A stretch of DNA of 64,000 nucleotides from Cyanophora paradoxa CCMP329 (lineage: Eukaryota; Plantae; Glaucophyta): NCBI GenBank assembly GCA_004431415.1, contig QPMI01000604.1, forward strand, positions 1-64,000, given 5' to 3'. Every line of letters starts with the position of its first letter. Within the stretch, counting starts at the first letter, position 1. This document shows positions 13,646 through 26,199 of this stretch, in pieces. Under the pieces are notes generated by a model, which was not told the DNA's origin, ran no database searches, and was given only the letters and a program-made list of their open reading frames with translations. The position numbers and the translations under genes were made by a program.

Positions 13646-13931
13646 GGTTTCCTAGCCGTTAGTGCTTCGTTTGCACTTCGTTCGCAGTAGTACCGTGACT
13701 TGACCCGCGGCTTCTCGCGATTTCCTGAGTCACTGTACCCCTGTACGAAGATGCGACCCTAGCTACTTTTTCTGACTCTAGCTTGATACTTTCCGGTAGC
13801 CGTGTCCTAGGGTACACAGTAGTCTGTGATTAGCAGCTTTCTCTTGCAACGTGACAGCCTGCTCGCCTGCTGCTGGTACGCTACGGGAAGGTTGCTAAGG
13901 TCTACTGGGACGTATAAAACCTCCTAAAACA

Positions 13932-14300
13932 CGAGTCCTGCAGACCGCCGCCATGCCCCGGGGCCCCGCTCTCCTCCTCGCCGCCCTCGCCGGGCGGGGC
14001 GACGGGGGGCCCGAGGGCCGTCGCCACGGCGATGCGGCGCTCGACCTCGCCCAGCACCCGCTGCTCCAGCCGCTCGTTCTCCCCCCGCACCTGCAAACGC
14101 TCAGGCCGGGGAGGGGGGGGGGTACGGCCTCGGGCCGGGGCCCCGCCCTCCGAGGCTCCTCGCCGGCTTTGCCGCCAGCTCCTCCACCCTCGCCACCGCT
14201 GGCCATGGGAGGGTACGCGCGCCTCGCGAAGGAAGTCGGGCTGGCGTCCCTGCCAAGTGACCTCGAGCTCCAGGGCCGACGTCGCCCGTGGCCTTCAGGG
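13932..14300 (-). pseudogene. Decayed partial duplicate of the coiled-coil gene's 3' exons
   Basis: 13932-~14133 is nearly identical to 20357-~20563. ~14170-14300 resembles ~21325-21470. The intervening exons are deleted and the copy is truncated by the element end. Confidence 0.8.
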
Positions 14301-14832
14301 CGCATGGATATGCAGATCGATGTCAGACGCTTAATACATTAGTTCCGCTTTTGAAGATAATTAAGGCTTCATAAAATTGGCTTGATTAGAAACTTGAAAA
14401 AGAGTTGTTCACTAATCTCAGAGTCTGTGATTCCCCTCTCCTGGCCTGTATGCTTTGCGTCTTCAATTTGACCCTCTGCTTAAAATTGTTAAGAGGGAAA
14501 ATGCGGGGGCGGGGGAGGGGAGGGGGGAGGAGGGGGGGGGGGGATCGGGAGGGGAGACGAGGTCTAGATCTAGAGAGGAGGGATCGATCCGGAGCCTAGA
14601 TATATAGAGGAAACTTCGATCGAAATAGATTTAACTCGCGCAACGCAATTTTTTGCGCCGTGGCACTGCGGCAATTTATTGCAACGCGCGTATGCATGCG
14701 CAACGCAGACCGCCGCAACGCACCCGGACAGCGAAATATACTTTTCACGTGCTCATTCAAAAAAGGCCCTTGGCCCACTCACTCATACCTTTTCACTGGC
14801 ACTGCGGCACGCGGACAGCGACGCAATAAATA

Positions 14833-16519
14833 ATGCAGTCGCAGTGGTGGTGCCAGTGGTGCACGAAAAGAAAAGCGTTCAGCTCGGAGCGCGGCGCATT
14901 CGACCACGCCCGCGTGACGCACCCGTTGGAGCATTCTGTTCACGTCCAGCCGATCCTGGATGGACGAGAGCGCTCGGTGCGGGCGCGGATCGACGCGGCG
15001 GTGGCGAACGAGGCAACGCATCGACGAGCGGAGACGGAGCTTGCTGCGCGCGAGGCATCACGGCGAGAAGCCGAGATCACGTGCACTCGGCTTGCGGTAG
15101 TCGAGGCCTCACGGCGAGAAGCCGAGATCACTCAGCTTGCCACAGCCGTCTCGCAGCTCAGTGACCACTTGGAGCGCGATCGGCAGCTGTTCCGTCTCGC
15201 CTGTGTCTCGAGGGACGCGGCTGCCTGCAGTATTCCGCGCGCCCGACGTGACCCTTGTCTGCCCCGCGGCCGGCGCCGCGCCTCAGCCGCAGGATTGCGA
15301 TTCGTCAACGTCGTTCAAACAGCATGCGCAGACGTCCGGGATCCGATCGCGATATCGATCGCAAGAATTCGAATGGCGCCGGCGAGCAATGCGAAGGCGC
15401 CGACTTTGCAGCTAGCGCTGGCCATGGCCAGCACATCCGCATTCCAGCACACCTCTGGTACTTGAAGGTGCTTCGAATTCGAATTCGAATTAACATGCGA
15501 TTCGAATTCACCAATACAAATTACGATCATCGGATCTTTGAACAAATCGTAATAGAGCGATTCAATTACAACTTACATGCAATTACGGCTTCGAATTCCC
15601 GCCCGTTACATTGGACGGCAGATGCGAACGGAATATTTCAAGAACGGCCTCCACGTGCGCGAATATTTGCTCAAGCCTGGAGCCTCCGAGCCCGTTTCCC
15701 CGCCGAACGCGCGCGCCCGCAGCTGGCGGAGGCGGCGGCGCGGGAGGTGGAGGTCGGCTTCAGCGCCGACGCGGCGCTCCTTCTGCTCTGCTTCGTCTAC
15801 ACCGGCACCCTCGACACAGAGGTCCGAAATCGAATAACAAAGCTCTAATCAGGATACCAGCCACGGCATTGCACTATTAATTGGAATCCTTCTCCAATCT
15901 TTCGAATCTTGCTGATATCCATGATATCGATGTATATGCAGCTTGTCGGATCCGATCGGGAAATACCGACTCCCGAGCTCCTCGTCGAGCTCCTGCAGGT
16001 ACTCGCGATCGCTGGATTTGCTATGTAGTATTTAAATCTCCATTAATATTCGATTCGATTTTATTTTCGGATGACGATTTGACTCTTCCCCATTTTCTGG
16101 CGGCCCGGCAGGCGGCGGACTACTACGGCGTGCCGGCACTCTGCGCGCGGGCCGCGGACCTCCTCGCCCGGCCCGGCGTCGTGCCCGTGCCCGAGCCCGA
16201 GCCGGCCGCCCCGGGCGCCGCCGCCCTCCTCTTCTCCATCCTCCGCGCCGCCCGCGCCGTCGCCGACCCCGCCAGCTCCAGGGCGCGCCCCCGCCCCCCT
16301 TCCCGACCCCGACCCCGATCCACACGAGCCTTGATGCCTGCTCTCGGCCTCTGAACGCAGGTGCGGGAGGTGGCGTTCGAGCGGGTGCGGCGGGGGCGGG
16401 GCGCCCTCCTCGCCTCGGCGGAGTACAGGCGGCTGGCGGAGGGCGCCCTCGAGCCCGAGGGCGCGGCCGACTCGCGGCGCCTCCTCGCCGACATCGTCGC
16501 CGCCCTCGCGCAGGGCTAG
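14833..16519 (+). CDS. C2H2 zinc finger + coiled coil + BTB/POZ protein (multi-exon, apparently frameshifted; possible pseudogene)
   Basis: C2H2: CQWCTKRKAFSSERGAFDHARVTH. BTB motifs: DVTLVC, IPAHLWYLK, FSADAALLLLCFVYTGTL, AADYYGVPALCARA. Frame change near 15200-15240. Confidence 0.65.
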
Positions 16520-17208
16520 CTAGGCCTACGCTTTGATAGATTGCTAGTTGTACAGATTCTAATTAATTCTAATTAAAGGTTTCACCTCGCGCCCTGTATA
16601 AATTTCCTGAATCGCTTGTGAATTATATGTTGAGGAAAGAAGAAATTAAAAGGGGGGCCGTTAGCCTTACGAGCTACAGACATAAAGCGGTGCCCGAACC
16701 CGCTCTCCGAGGCTCCGTCGCCAGCCGTCACTCGCCGCTTGCAAAATTGCAACTGGCAAGTCCTCGTGCCGAAGTGTGCATATGCATGCTTCGAATTCGA
16801 ATTCGAATTCAGTGCGCTGACCTCCGTATATCGCGTATCCGGAAGGCCGCGCCCCCTGGCCATAAATACTCGCGGCCATGGCCGCCGGGCTCCCTGGCGC
16901 TCCACGGCCGGCACCCCCGCCCACTGCTCTTCAGCCGTGGCTGCATGCATCCCGTCCCCCGCCCCCGCCCCCCTTGCGATCGCATGCGCAGGGAGTTTAA
17001 TTAAAATATTTGTATGGATATGGGCGAAAACGCGAGCTGGCTCGACCTCGAGGGCCGCAAGCCCCAATCTGACCGCGAACTATAGCGATGAGAGCCCGTA
17101 GGAAAATGTAGTTGGAATTGGTTCAACAGTTATAAACAGATCTAGATCTAGAATGACAGAATGACAGAAAGAAGGGGAGCGTGCGGGTCGGGAAAGGTTT
17201 GAAGCGTC

Positions 17209-19504
17209 TCAGAGCCATCGCCTCGCCTGCAGCTGGCGCACGCAGCGCCCACGCCTCCAGGCTCCGATCTGCACTCATGATCAACGGTCAGGCTACGTAT
17301 TGCACCCAGCACAGCTAATCATTGAATGAAAAAAAGGTCCGCACCGGCACCAGCGGTCAGTTACCAGCGGTCTCCTTCACTCTCGAAGACGAATCTCTCG
17401 TTGACGACGATGCCGTGCCCTTTGCGAGTCGTGCCCTCAAACCAGCCTCGAAGCAGGTCGCACGCCTCCTGGTAGAGCGAGTCGTTGAGCTGCGCGTGAA
17501 AGGAAACTTGGAGATTGGACTCCGGCAAGCTGGCCAGCTCGCGGAAGACGCCCAGCTCGTCGATGCCTGCAACTTTGCTGTGGATGTGCAAGCTCTTGAG
17601 CTTCGGCCCGACCCGCACGACTTCCTGCATGCAGGACGTGAGGAACGGGGCATACAGTTGCTGGGAATCGTCGTTGACTGACCTGCACGACCTCTGCTGC
17701 AGCCGGCGCACGGACGATGTTGAGCGATTCGAGGCTGGGCCGCGCGGCACGGATCAGGGCCGCCAGGCTCGTATGGTCCATCGTGACCGCTGGGTCGACG
17801 TCGGGTAAGATGAAGTCGCGATCAGGGTGGCTTCCATCCACACAGAGAGAAAGCGACTGGAGGAGGGGGGCCGCTCCGATCCCCGCCGCCGCAGCCCGGA
17901 GCAGCTCAGCGCCTCCATCTGGAGCATAGAAGACCTGCGCAGATCTAGACAATCAGCTCATATTTACATTGAAACCAAGATAAGGCACGCCGAGAGGAAG
18001 GATCGCGCGCCTTGAGATCGAGCCTGAGGGTGCTCAACTTCTGCAACGAGCCGATCATGGCGAGGAGGTCGCCAGAAGTGTGATCAACCTGTCGGGCCAG
18101 GCAAGGGCGCTTAATATAAAAGCGAAAACGGAAGCGAACTATATTTTTATCAATTGCAAAGACATACCCACGCCGACAGATTTTCAAGGTACCTAAAGCG
18201 AAGGATGGTGGTGAGGGCCTCGCCCGAGACTGCCAACGGATGCAGATTTCCTGGAATTTCTAAATCCAGCCCGAGCCCCCGAACGCAATCGGGCTTCAGA
18301 GCCTCGAGGGCTCCCTCGATGACATCCGTCCGAAAAACAAGGACCCGCAGCTCTTCCAGGGAGAGTGCAGAGAGCTTCCGAAGGGCTTCTTCGTCCCACA
18401 CATTGCAACACAGCTTTTTAAGGCCCCGACAGGTGTGCACCAGCTGCATCTGCGGTGATCAAGAAAGCAGTAAGTAACTATGAAATAGTTAACTGTAAAC
18501 ATTTAGAGATATCAGTTGACATGCTCTAGCTCTGCTGGGCACGAGCGAACCACGTCTTCAGAGTACATGTGGTCAGCAGACGTCACTTCGAACTCCTGCA
18601 AGTGGGGGAAGGAGACTGGATCTGGAAGCTGCATCCAGGTCCGGAAGAGCGTCAGGTAGTCCAGCTGCAGCGATCGGAGGGGAGCGCGAAGAAGAGCTGT
18701 CTGGAGAGAGCGCGCGACGTCGAGCGCGATCTCATGACCAGCGTCTCCCGCAAAGAACCAGACGAAAGAATCCGCGAAATGGAAGTGCTCCAGCGGGGCA
18801 GGAGCCGACGAAAGGGCCGCCAGCATCTCTGTTAAACAGCCGTCAGCGCGGCATGTGATTTTCGAAGTTTGACAAAGCGCTGTACGCTATAAACAGCTAT
18901 AGCGATTCTGTTAGCGAGTGCACGCGTACACATGCGCACCTGCCATTGCGAAGCCAGCCTCAATCATATTCTCTCTGCAGCGAGCGTGGGCGCTACAGCT
19001 GCAGCTGGACTGAGGGCGACATCTGCAGCTGCTATTCCGGCCTAGGTGGCCTTCGAGCGACCCGATGTCCAAGCCGACGACGACCCGCTGACAGCCCGCC
19101 AGTGCCCCGCTCCGTACGCGAGCTGCGACCCTGTCGAGCCGCTTTCTGTACTCTATCAGGTGCAGAGGATCCGGACTGCGATATGCATCTTCCGGCTCGA
19201 CCCGCGATTGCAAGCGAAGCTCGAGCTTTTGCCAGTGCACGCCGCGCGTAAGCTGCCGGAACCGACGATCCAACGACCACAGACGGCACGTCTCGTACGC
19301 CTCCGTCGCCTCCAGCTCGCTGAAGATGCGCTGCACCAGCTCGTCCGGCAGCCGCGCGAAATGGTTGACGCCACTTTCGCCTGCCTCGCCGCTCTCGCCT
19401 GTTTCGGATGCAGACGACGGACCTGCTGCTACTTCTGCAGCCGACTCTGGCGGGGTCGAGGGCTCTCCCTTCCGCGCCCGCTTCTGCGCCCGCTCCTCGT
19501 CCAT
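17209..19504 (-). CDS. F-box protein with LRR-like C-terminal region (multi-exon; 3' end approximate)
   Basis: F-box: HFARLPDELVQRIFSEL...LDRRFRQL. Downstream LxxLxL repeats: LRSLQLD, LKKLCCN, LEELRVL, LSTLRLDL, LKSLHIH. Confidence 0.75.
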
Positions 19505-19851
19505 TTGCCTGGCGTTCGAATTCGCAGAGCTGAGAAACTATAAGCTGCGGTTGCGCTCGATGCCGGCCGCGTGCCCGATCCGATTTCGAAATTCGAAGGC
19601 CGGCCTGCAGCTGCAGCTGCAGCTGCCAATGCGCAGAGCGTGTACCCCCTCGTCGCGCTTCAAATTCGACTTCAGCTGGCAGCTCCCCTAGGCGGCAGCT
19701 CCGGCACCAGAGCCGTTCTCCTATAACATCGAATTTGAATTTCATGCCCGCCCGCGCGAGCGGCCCGCGGTCGCTCTTGAGCTCATCATGGCGTTCGGAT
19801 TTACGGATTCATTCTGGGAGTCTCACTCCTCTGCACCCGCGCTGCAGGGGC

Positions 19852-22800
19852 TCAGGGCGCGGGGCTGTCGACCCCCTCGGGGTCCCCGCCGCCCCCGCCC
19901 CGGCTGCCCCCGATCACGCCCCCGCCCTGCTGCAGGTCCGCTAGCAGGTCCTGCGCCACGACTCGGCCCCGGGGGGGAGGAGCCAGCGGGCGGGGGGTAC
20001 CTTGATCTGGCTGGAGAGGTCCTCGAGGTCGTCCGAGAGACGCGTCGCGTTCTCCGCCTCCCTGGGGGGGGGGATCAGGCAGGAGGGGGGGGGAGCGGGC
20101 CCGGGGTACCGGTTATCGAGCTCCTTGAGCTTCGTCTCGAGCTCGTCGACGCGCCGCCGGAGCGCGGCCGCCTCCTCGGGCGTACCTCCCGCCGGCCGCC
20201 CGGCTCCCGCCGCCGCCGCCGCCCCGCCCGACTCGGGCCGGCGGCGGGCCCGGGCCCGGGGCCGGCCTCGCCGGAGAGGCGCGCCTCGTCGACGGCGGCG
20301 CGCAGCGTCTCGAGGTCCACGCGCAGTCGCGCCACGTCGCCCCGCAGGATCGGCAGCGAGTCCTGCAGGCCGCCACCCCTTCCCGGGGCCCCGCTCTCCT
20401 CCTCGCCGCCCTCGCCGGGCGGGGCGACCGGCGGCCCGAGGGCCGTCGCGACGGCGATGCGCCGCTCCACCTCGCCCAGCACCCGCTGCTCCAGCCGCTC
20501 GTTCTCCCCCCGCACCTGCAAACGCTCAGGCCGGGGGGGGGAGGGGGGGTTATGGCCTCGGACCTTCTCCATGAGGGCCGCGGCGGCGGCGGCGGCGCTC
20601 CCGCCGGACCCGGGCCGCGCGTGCGGCTGCCCCGGTGGGGGCGCCTCCCGCGCCGCAGCGGCCACCTCGTCCTTCAAGGCGGCGATCTGACCGGCGCCGC
20701 CGCCGTCGGCGAGGCAGGGGGCGGGGCGGAGAGGGCGGGGGGTAAGGGGGCGCACGTCCTTGTGTGCGCGGGCAAGGGCCCCGCGGATGTCCTCGAGCTC
20801 CCCCACCACGTACCGCGCCTGCCGCCCCCCCGCCCCCTCAGACGGGGCGGGGCGGGGGGTACGGGGCGGGGCGGGCGCGCCTTCATGCCCTGGCCGGCGG
20901 GGCCGCCCACCACGGCCCCGTCCTCCGCCTCCTCGTCGCCCGCCCTGCCCCGCCCTCAGCGGAGAGCCGGGCAGAGGATAAGAGACAGGCGCACGCGGGG
21001 CGCGGGGCGGGGGAGCGCCCCTCGAGCATGACGGCCTCCTGCAGGAGCACCACGCGCCGGTCGCACGCCTCCGCCACCTCCTTCGCCCTGTTAGGCCCGG
21101 GCGGTTTGTTAGGGAGGAAAGGGCGGAGGCAAAGGCGGGGGGGCGGGGCGGGGCGGGACCGGTCGGCGGAGCGCTGGAGGTCGTCGATGCGCTGCCCGAG
21201 GAGCTGCACCTCGTGCCGCATCTGAGGGGCGAGCGACGCCCCAGTCAGAGGGAGACCGCTCGGAATCGCAGAGAACGCACCTCGGCGCCCTGGGCCCGCG
21301 TCTCCGCCGACGCCCGCGCCTCCGCCGCCAGGCCCTCCACCCTCGCCACCTGCCCCGCCCCTCAGCGCAGCCACGGGGGGAGGGGTGGGAGGGGGGTTAC
21401 ACGGGCCTCGCGGAGGAACTCGGCCTGGCGGCCCTCCCACGTGACCTTGAGCGCCGACGTCGCGTTCGTGAGGCGGGCCAGCTCGCCGTCGAGCCGCCGC
21501 ATCTCCCCCTCCGCCAGCACGTGCAGCTCCTGCTGAGGATCAGCAGGGGCGGCCTGGTCGAGCGGAGCGGAGCGGAGCAAAGCTGGCTGGCCTTGTTGCG
21601 CTCGAGGGCGGCGACGAGGTTCGCGGACTCGGCCGCCTGCGCCTCGATGGCCCGCCGGTGGCCCTCCGCATCCCGCTCCGCCCCGTCCAGCCGCCCGCTC
21701 AGCCGCACGTCCGTCTCCTGCACGCCCGACTGAGCTAAGAGGGAGGAGCGGAGGGGCGGGGCGGGCGGGGCGGGGCGGGGCGGGCCTGGAGGGCGGATGC
21801 GAGGGCGGACTCGGCGCGGGCGTTGGCCTCCTGCAGGGCCTCCAGCGCGTCCCGCAGCCGCCCGCCCTCCTCCCGCGCCGCCGCCGCCTCCGCCGCCACC
21901 CCCGCCACGTCCGCCCGCACCACCTCCAGCACCTGGCCCCGCCGCTCAGTCTTCTCCCGCTCAGCTTTCTCCCGCTCGGCTTTGCAGGGCTCGCCTCCTC
22001 ACGGACGGCGTCGCAGGCGGCGTCGGAGAGGAGGCGGGCGGCCGCGGCGGAGGCCTCGCGGTCCGACTCGCCCCGCTCGAGCGCCTCCTGCAGCTCCGCG
22101 ACGGCGCGCACCAGCGCCCCCGCCGACTCCTCCCGCTCCGCCCGCTCCGCCGCCAGCTGGTCCCGCAGGCCCGCCAGCCCCTTCTTCGTCCGCTCCCAAG
22201 TCGCGAACCTGCGAACGAAGGGCGCCCGCCGCCTCAGAGGGCGCGGGCGAAGGCGGCGGGGGGCAGAGGGCGCGCCGGGCGCCGCGCTCGTCGAGGACGG
22301 CGATCTTAGCGACGAGGGCCTGGTCCCCCTCGACGCGGGCCGCCGCCTCCTCGCGCAGCCGGTGCTCCCACGCCGCCACCCACGCGTCGAAGTCGCGCTG
22401 CAGCTTCTCGTGCGCCTCGGCGCGCGCCTTCTCCGCCGCCTCCACCGCCGCCTGCACCGACTCCACCTCCGCGGACACGTTCCCCCGCATCTCCTCCCGC
22501 AGCGCCGCCTCCCGCTGCCCCGAAAACGTGAGCGAACGCGGGGTGAACGCAGGGCGGGGCGGGGGGCGGGGGCGCACGTCGAGGGAGGCCTGGACAGTGT
22601 GGAGGGCGCCGTCGACGCGCGCGTCGCACTGCGCGGTCGCCTCCGCCGCCGCCGCCTCCGCGCGCTCCTCGGCGGCCCGCGCCCGCGCCTCCGCCTCCTC
22701 CTGCGCCGCCCGCGCCAGCGCCGCCGCCTCGGCCCGCGCCCGCTCCACCGCCTCCCGGGCCTCCGCCTCGCCGGCCGCCCGCGCCTCCGCCTCGGCGGCG

Positions 22801-25800
22801 AGAGCCTTGCGCGTCTCCCCGACCATGCCCTCGAGGTCCGCCCGCGCCCGCTCGTCGGCGTCGGCCTTGGCCCTGGCCCAGGCCATCGCCTCCTCCTTCA
22901 GCTGCGCGACGACCCGCTCGAGGCGGGCCTCGAGCTCCCCGACGACCTGCGCCGCCCCGTCCTCCCCCTTCATCCGCGCCTTGATCTCCGCCCTCAGCAC
23001 CTCCTCCAGGCCCCCGATCTGCGAACGCGCCGCCCGCGTCAGAGCTCGAACCCGCCCAGCTGAGCCTACTCTAATCTTCGGAGCGCGCCGCCGAGTCGGT
23101 GTGCTTCTTCCAGCCGAAGAGCGACTCCTGCAGCTGCGCGATCCCGTTCCGCATCTCCTCCCGCGCCTCCCGGTCCCGCGCCGCCCGCACTTCGTTCTGG
23201 GGGGGGGGGGGTCGGAGGGGGGGGGGGGAAGGGGGTACACGCGCGCACGTGCTGGGCGAGGGCCGCCTCGACGGCGCGCTGCCGCTCGTCGAGCTCCTTC
23301 CGCGTCCGCTCCTCGAACCGCTGCCGCGCGTCGTCCACTGCGTACCCCCCCGGGGGGTCGGTTGGAGGGTGGGCGGGGGTAAGAGGAGGGGGGTACTGGG
23401 CGAGCGCACGGGTACGGATCGCCCTGGCGAGCTCGTCGAAGCGATCAAGGACGCCCTGCACGAAAAAAGTGGTCAGGGTGGGGGGAGAGAGACGGCACGG
23501 GGGTACGCGGACCTCGCTGGCGGTGCCGGCGGCGGCGGCGCGCAGGGCGACCGTGACGTCGTCGCGCTGCCGCACCGCCTCCACCGCACGCAACGCCTCG
23601 TCCCTGTACCCCCCGCCGGCTCAGAGGGGGGTACGGGTTCGGCACAGGGCTGGGGCGGACCTGTAGGCGCGGGCGGCATCCGTGGCGCGCGAGAGGACGC
23701 TCTCGAGCCGCTCCGAAGTCCTCGCCTCGCGCTCGCTCAGCGCCTGCGCCGAAAAGGAAACTCGGGGGTACGCGCGCGCGAGCGGGGTACGGGATTCGCG
23801 CACGTGTCGGAGGGCCTCCAGCCCCTGCCGCGCCTCGACGGCCGACTGGTCCCGCATCCCCTCCGCCTGCATCACCTGTACCCCCCCCCCAGTTCGCTCG
23901 CAACGAAGCGGGAAGGGAACGATAGAGGAAAAGGGCGCGCCTTGGCCTGGAGGGCGGAGCAGAGCTGGGAGAGCTGGTCGATCCGGTCCAGCATCGAGCG
24001 CACGTCCCGCCCCTGAGCGCGAACGAAGTGAGCGGGGCGGACCCTCTTGAAATAGCTCTGGAGCGGGGCGGGGAGGAAGAAGCAGCGGTGGCACCTGGGC
24101 GCCCTGGCGGGCGGCGTCCTCGCCCTCCCTCCGCTGCGCGGCCCGCTCCTGCACGCCCCGCGGTGAGAGGGCGGACGAACCAAGGATGATCAAATCAAAT
24201 CAAATGAAGGCGGGCCTGGGCGGCGAGGCGGGCCTCGAGGGAGGAGACGCGCTCGCGGGTCTTCGCCTTCACGTCCACCGCCTCCGCCGCCTGCTCTTCC
24301 ACCTGAAGAGGGAAGGCTCAGCCGCTCCACGAGTCCGAAGGGGCCCAGCAGGCCCCAGCAGGCTCTAGAGGCTCCAGGCCCGCCCGGCCCGCCCCCGCGC
24401 GCCTCAGCGGAGCGAAGAAGAGGACCCGGGCGGCTCTTTCGAGTCCAAAGGGGTCTAGCAGGCTCTAGAAGCTCTCCTCTTATCAAGATCCCCGCTCAAG
24501 CTCTGACGGACCTGGCGGCGGAGGCGTATGACCTGGTCGACCAGCGCCCCGAGGTCCTCGTCCCCCCTCGCCCGCACCCGGTCCAGCCTAGGGCGGATCA
24601 AATCAGGGGCGGGTGGGGGAGACGAGGGTAGGGGCGTGCTTCTCGAGCTGGGCGCGCTGCTCGGCCTCGCGGGAGGCGGCGTCCACGTCGTCCCGCGCCT
24701 GCCGCCGCTGCAGCGCCGCCCGCAGCTCCGCTGAGACCGCCTCCTGCATCCGCAGCGCCTCCCGCACCTGCGCCGAGGGCGTCGGGGGCCGCCTCGACGG
24801 CCAGGCATCGTGCAGGAACCCCACCTCCAGGAACCGCTCCTCGCCCCTCTGAAGCAAGAGAGAGAGAGAGTTAGAGGCTTAAGAGAACAGAGAATGGAAA
24901 AAGGATAGGCTTGGGACCTGGCTGTTCTTCTCGAGGCTGGCGATGCGGCGCTGGAGGGCCTCGGCGCTGGCCGCGAGGTCGCGCTCCAGCCGCAGCCGCA
25001 TCTCCATCTCCGTGCGCAGCCGCTCCTCGCTCTGCAGCAGCTTCGCCTCAAGCTCCTGCCGCGTCCGCACCGCGTCGAAGGCCACGCCCCGCAGCTCGCT
25101 CTCCAGGCTCGCCACCCGCTGCGCGTCCATCGCCGCCGCGCGCGCCCCGTCCACGTCGAACGACGGCAGCGGGAGCAGCCCGGGGCCCGCCTCGCCCGCC
25201 CGCGCCCCCGCGTTCAGCACCCGCTCCTGCTGGTACGCGTACGCCTGCAGCGCGGCCGGGACGTACGCCCCGTAGGCGAGCGGCTGCGGCGGCGGGGGCG
25301 CCGGCGGCTGCGGGGCCAGCGGCGGCGGCTGCGCGTACTGCTGCACCTGCAGCGCCGGCAGCGAGGGCGCCTGGTACTGCGAGTACGGCTGCGCCTCGCC
25401 GGCCGGGGTGCTGCGTTTCGCTGGCGGCGTCACGGAGCGCCGCGCCGCCGCCGGGGGCTGCGGCGGCGTCCGCTGCCGCTGCGGCGGCCGGTCCTGCGCC
25501 TGCCTGGGCGGTGCCGCCGGCGGCTCGGGCGGCCGCCTGCGGCTTGTTGGCGCTGCGTTCGTGCGGCGGGGGCAGAGGGGAGCTTACCCGGGCGCAGCGT
25601 CGACGAGCAGGCCGGCCATTCCATTGCCCTCCATGCTCCGCCTCGCGTTCGCAGCGGCTGCTCCCGCGGGCGGCAACGACGAGGCCCGCGGCAGCGGGTC
25701 CCTCGCAGGCGCCTGCGTCGGGCTTAGCTACGAATGCGTCGGGGGGACAGGGCCGGCTCACGGGGGGCTCGGAGTATGCGTAGCTTTGCGGCGGGGGCTG

Positions 25801-26042
25801 TGGCGGCGCGCTCGGTGCCTGCACCGCCTCTCGCGGCGCACCGCGTCTCCTCTGCTGCATCACCTCCCAGTTGTCTGCGCACAGGCGGGCGTAAGAAGCT
25901 CCCAGCAGCTGCAAGGCACCACGCCCGGGCCTCTGGAGCCTCGGGGCCGCTAGCTAGGCTCACAGTCAGCATCGGCGCGCTGCCTCGCTCTCCGCGCCTC
26001 CGCCGCTCTTTCGGCCTCGGAGCCGATGTACAGCGGTTCCAT
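19852..26042 (-). CDS. Large multi-exon coiled-coil protein of unknown function (start uncertain)
   Basis: Many E/A/R-rich heptad exons (e.g. RVASLESELRG...ERDLAASAEALQRRIASLEK) separated by short C-rich introns. Last exon ends at TGA 19854-19852. Confidence 0.6.
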
Positions 26043-26199
26043 GGTGCTGTACAGCGGCTCTCGGGGGCTGCGTTGTCTGGGTGTGGCTCTCTTCGGTTTT
26101 CGGTTTCTTGCTGTAGCCCTTAGCTGCTCATTCCCCCTTGACCTCTGCTGGGTACGCGTTGTATTTGACCTCCGACCCGCAACAACAACTCCTGCAAAC

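Larger units (their letters stand above)
1..13931 (+). mobile_element. Large (>13.9 kb, 5'-truncated by window) element with Gag-like zinc knuckles and Gypsy/Ginger-type integrase, no recognisable RT
   Basis: Intron-free, same-strand ORF chain, unlike the intron-rich host genes. CCHC knuckles at ~660-755; integrase at ~12150-13260. Sequence ends ...CTCCTAAAACA(13931), where similarity to a host gene (20357 onward) begins abruptly. Confidence 0.8.

Noticed and set aside
13885-13931. GGGAAGG as a polypurine tract followed by a TG...CA LTR
   Set aside because: The purine run is only 7 nt and the implied LTR ~39 bp. It cannot be supported without the left end.
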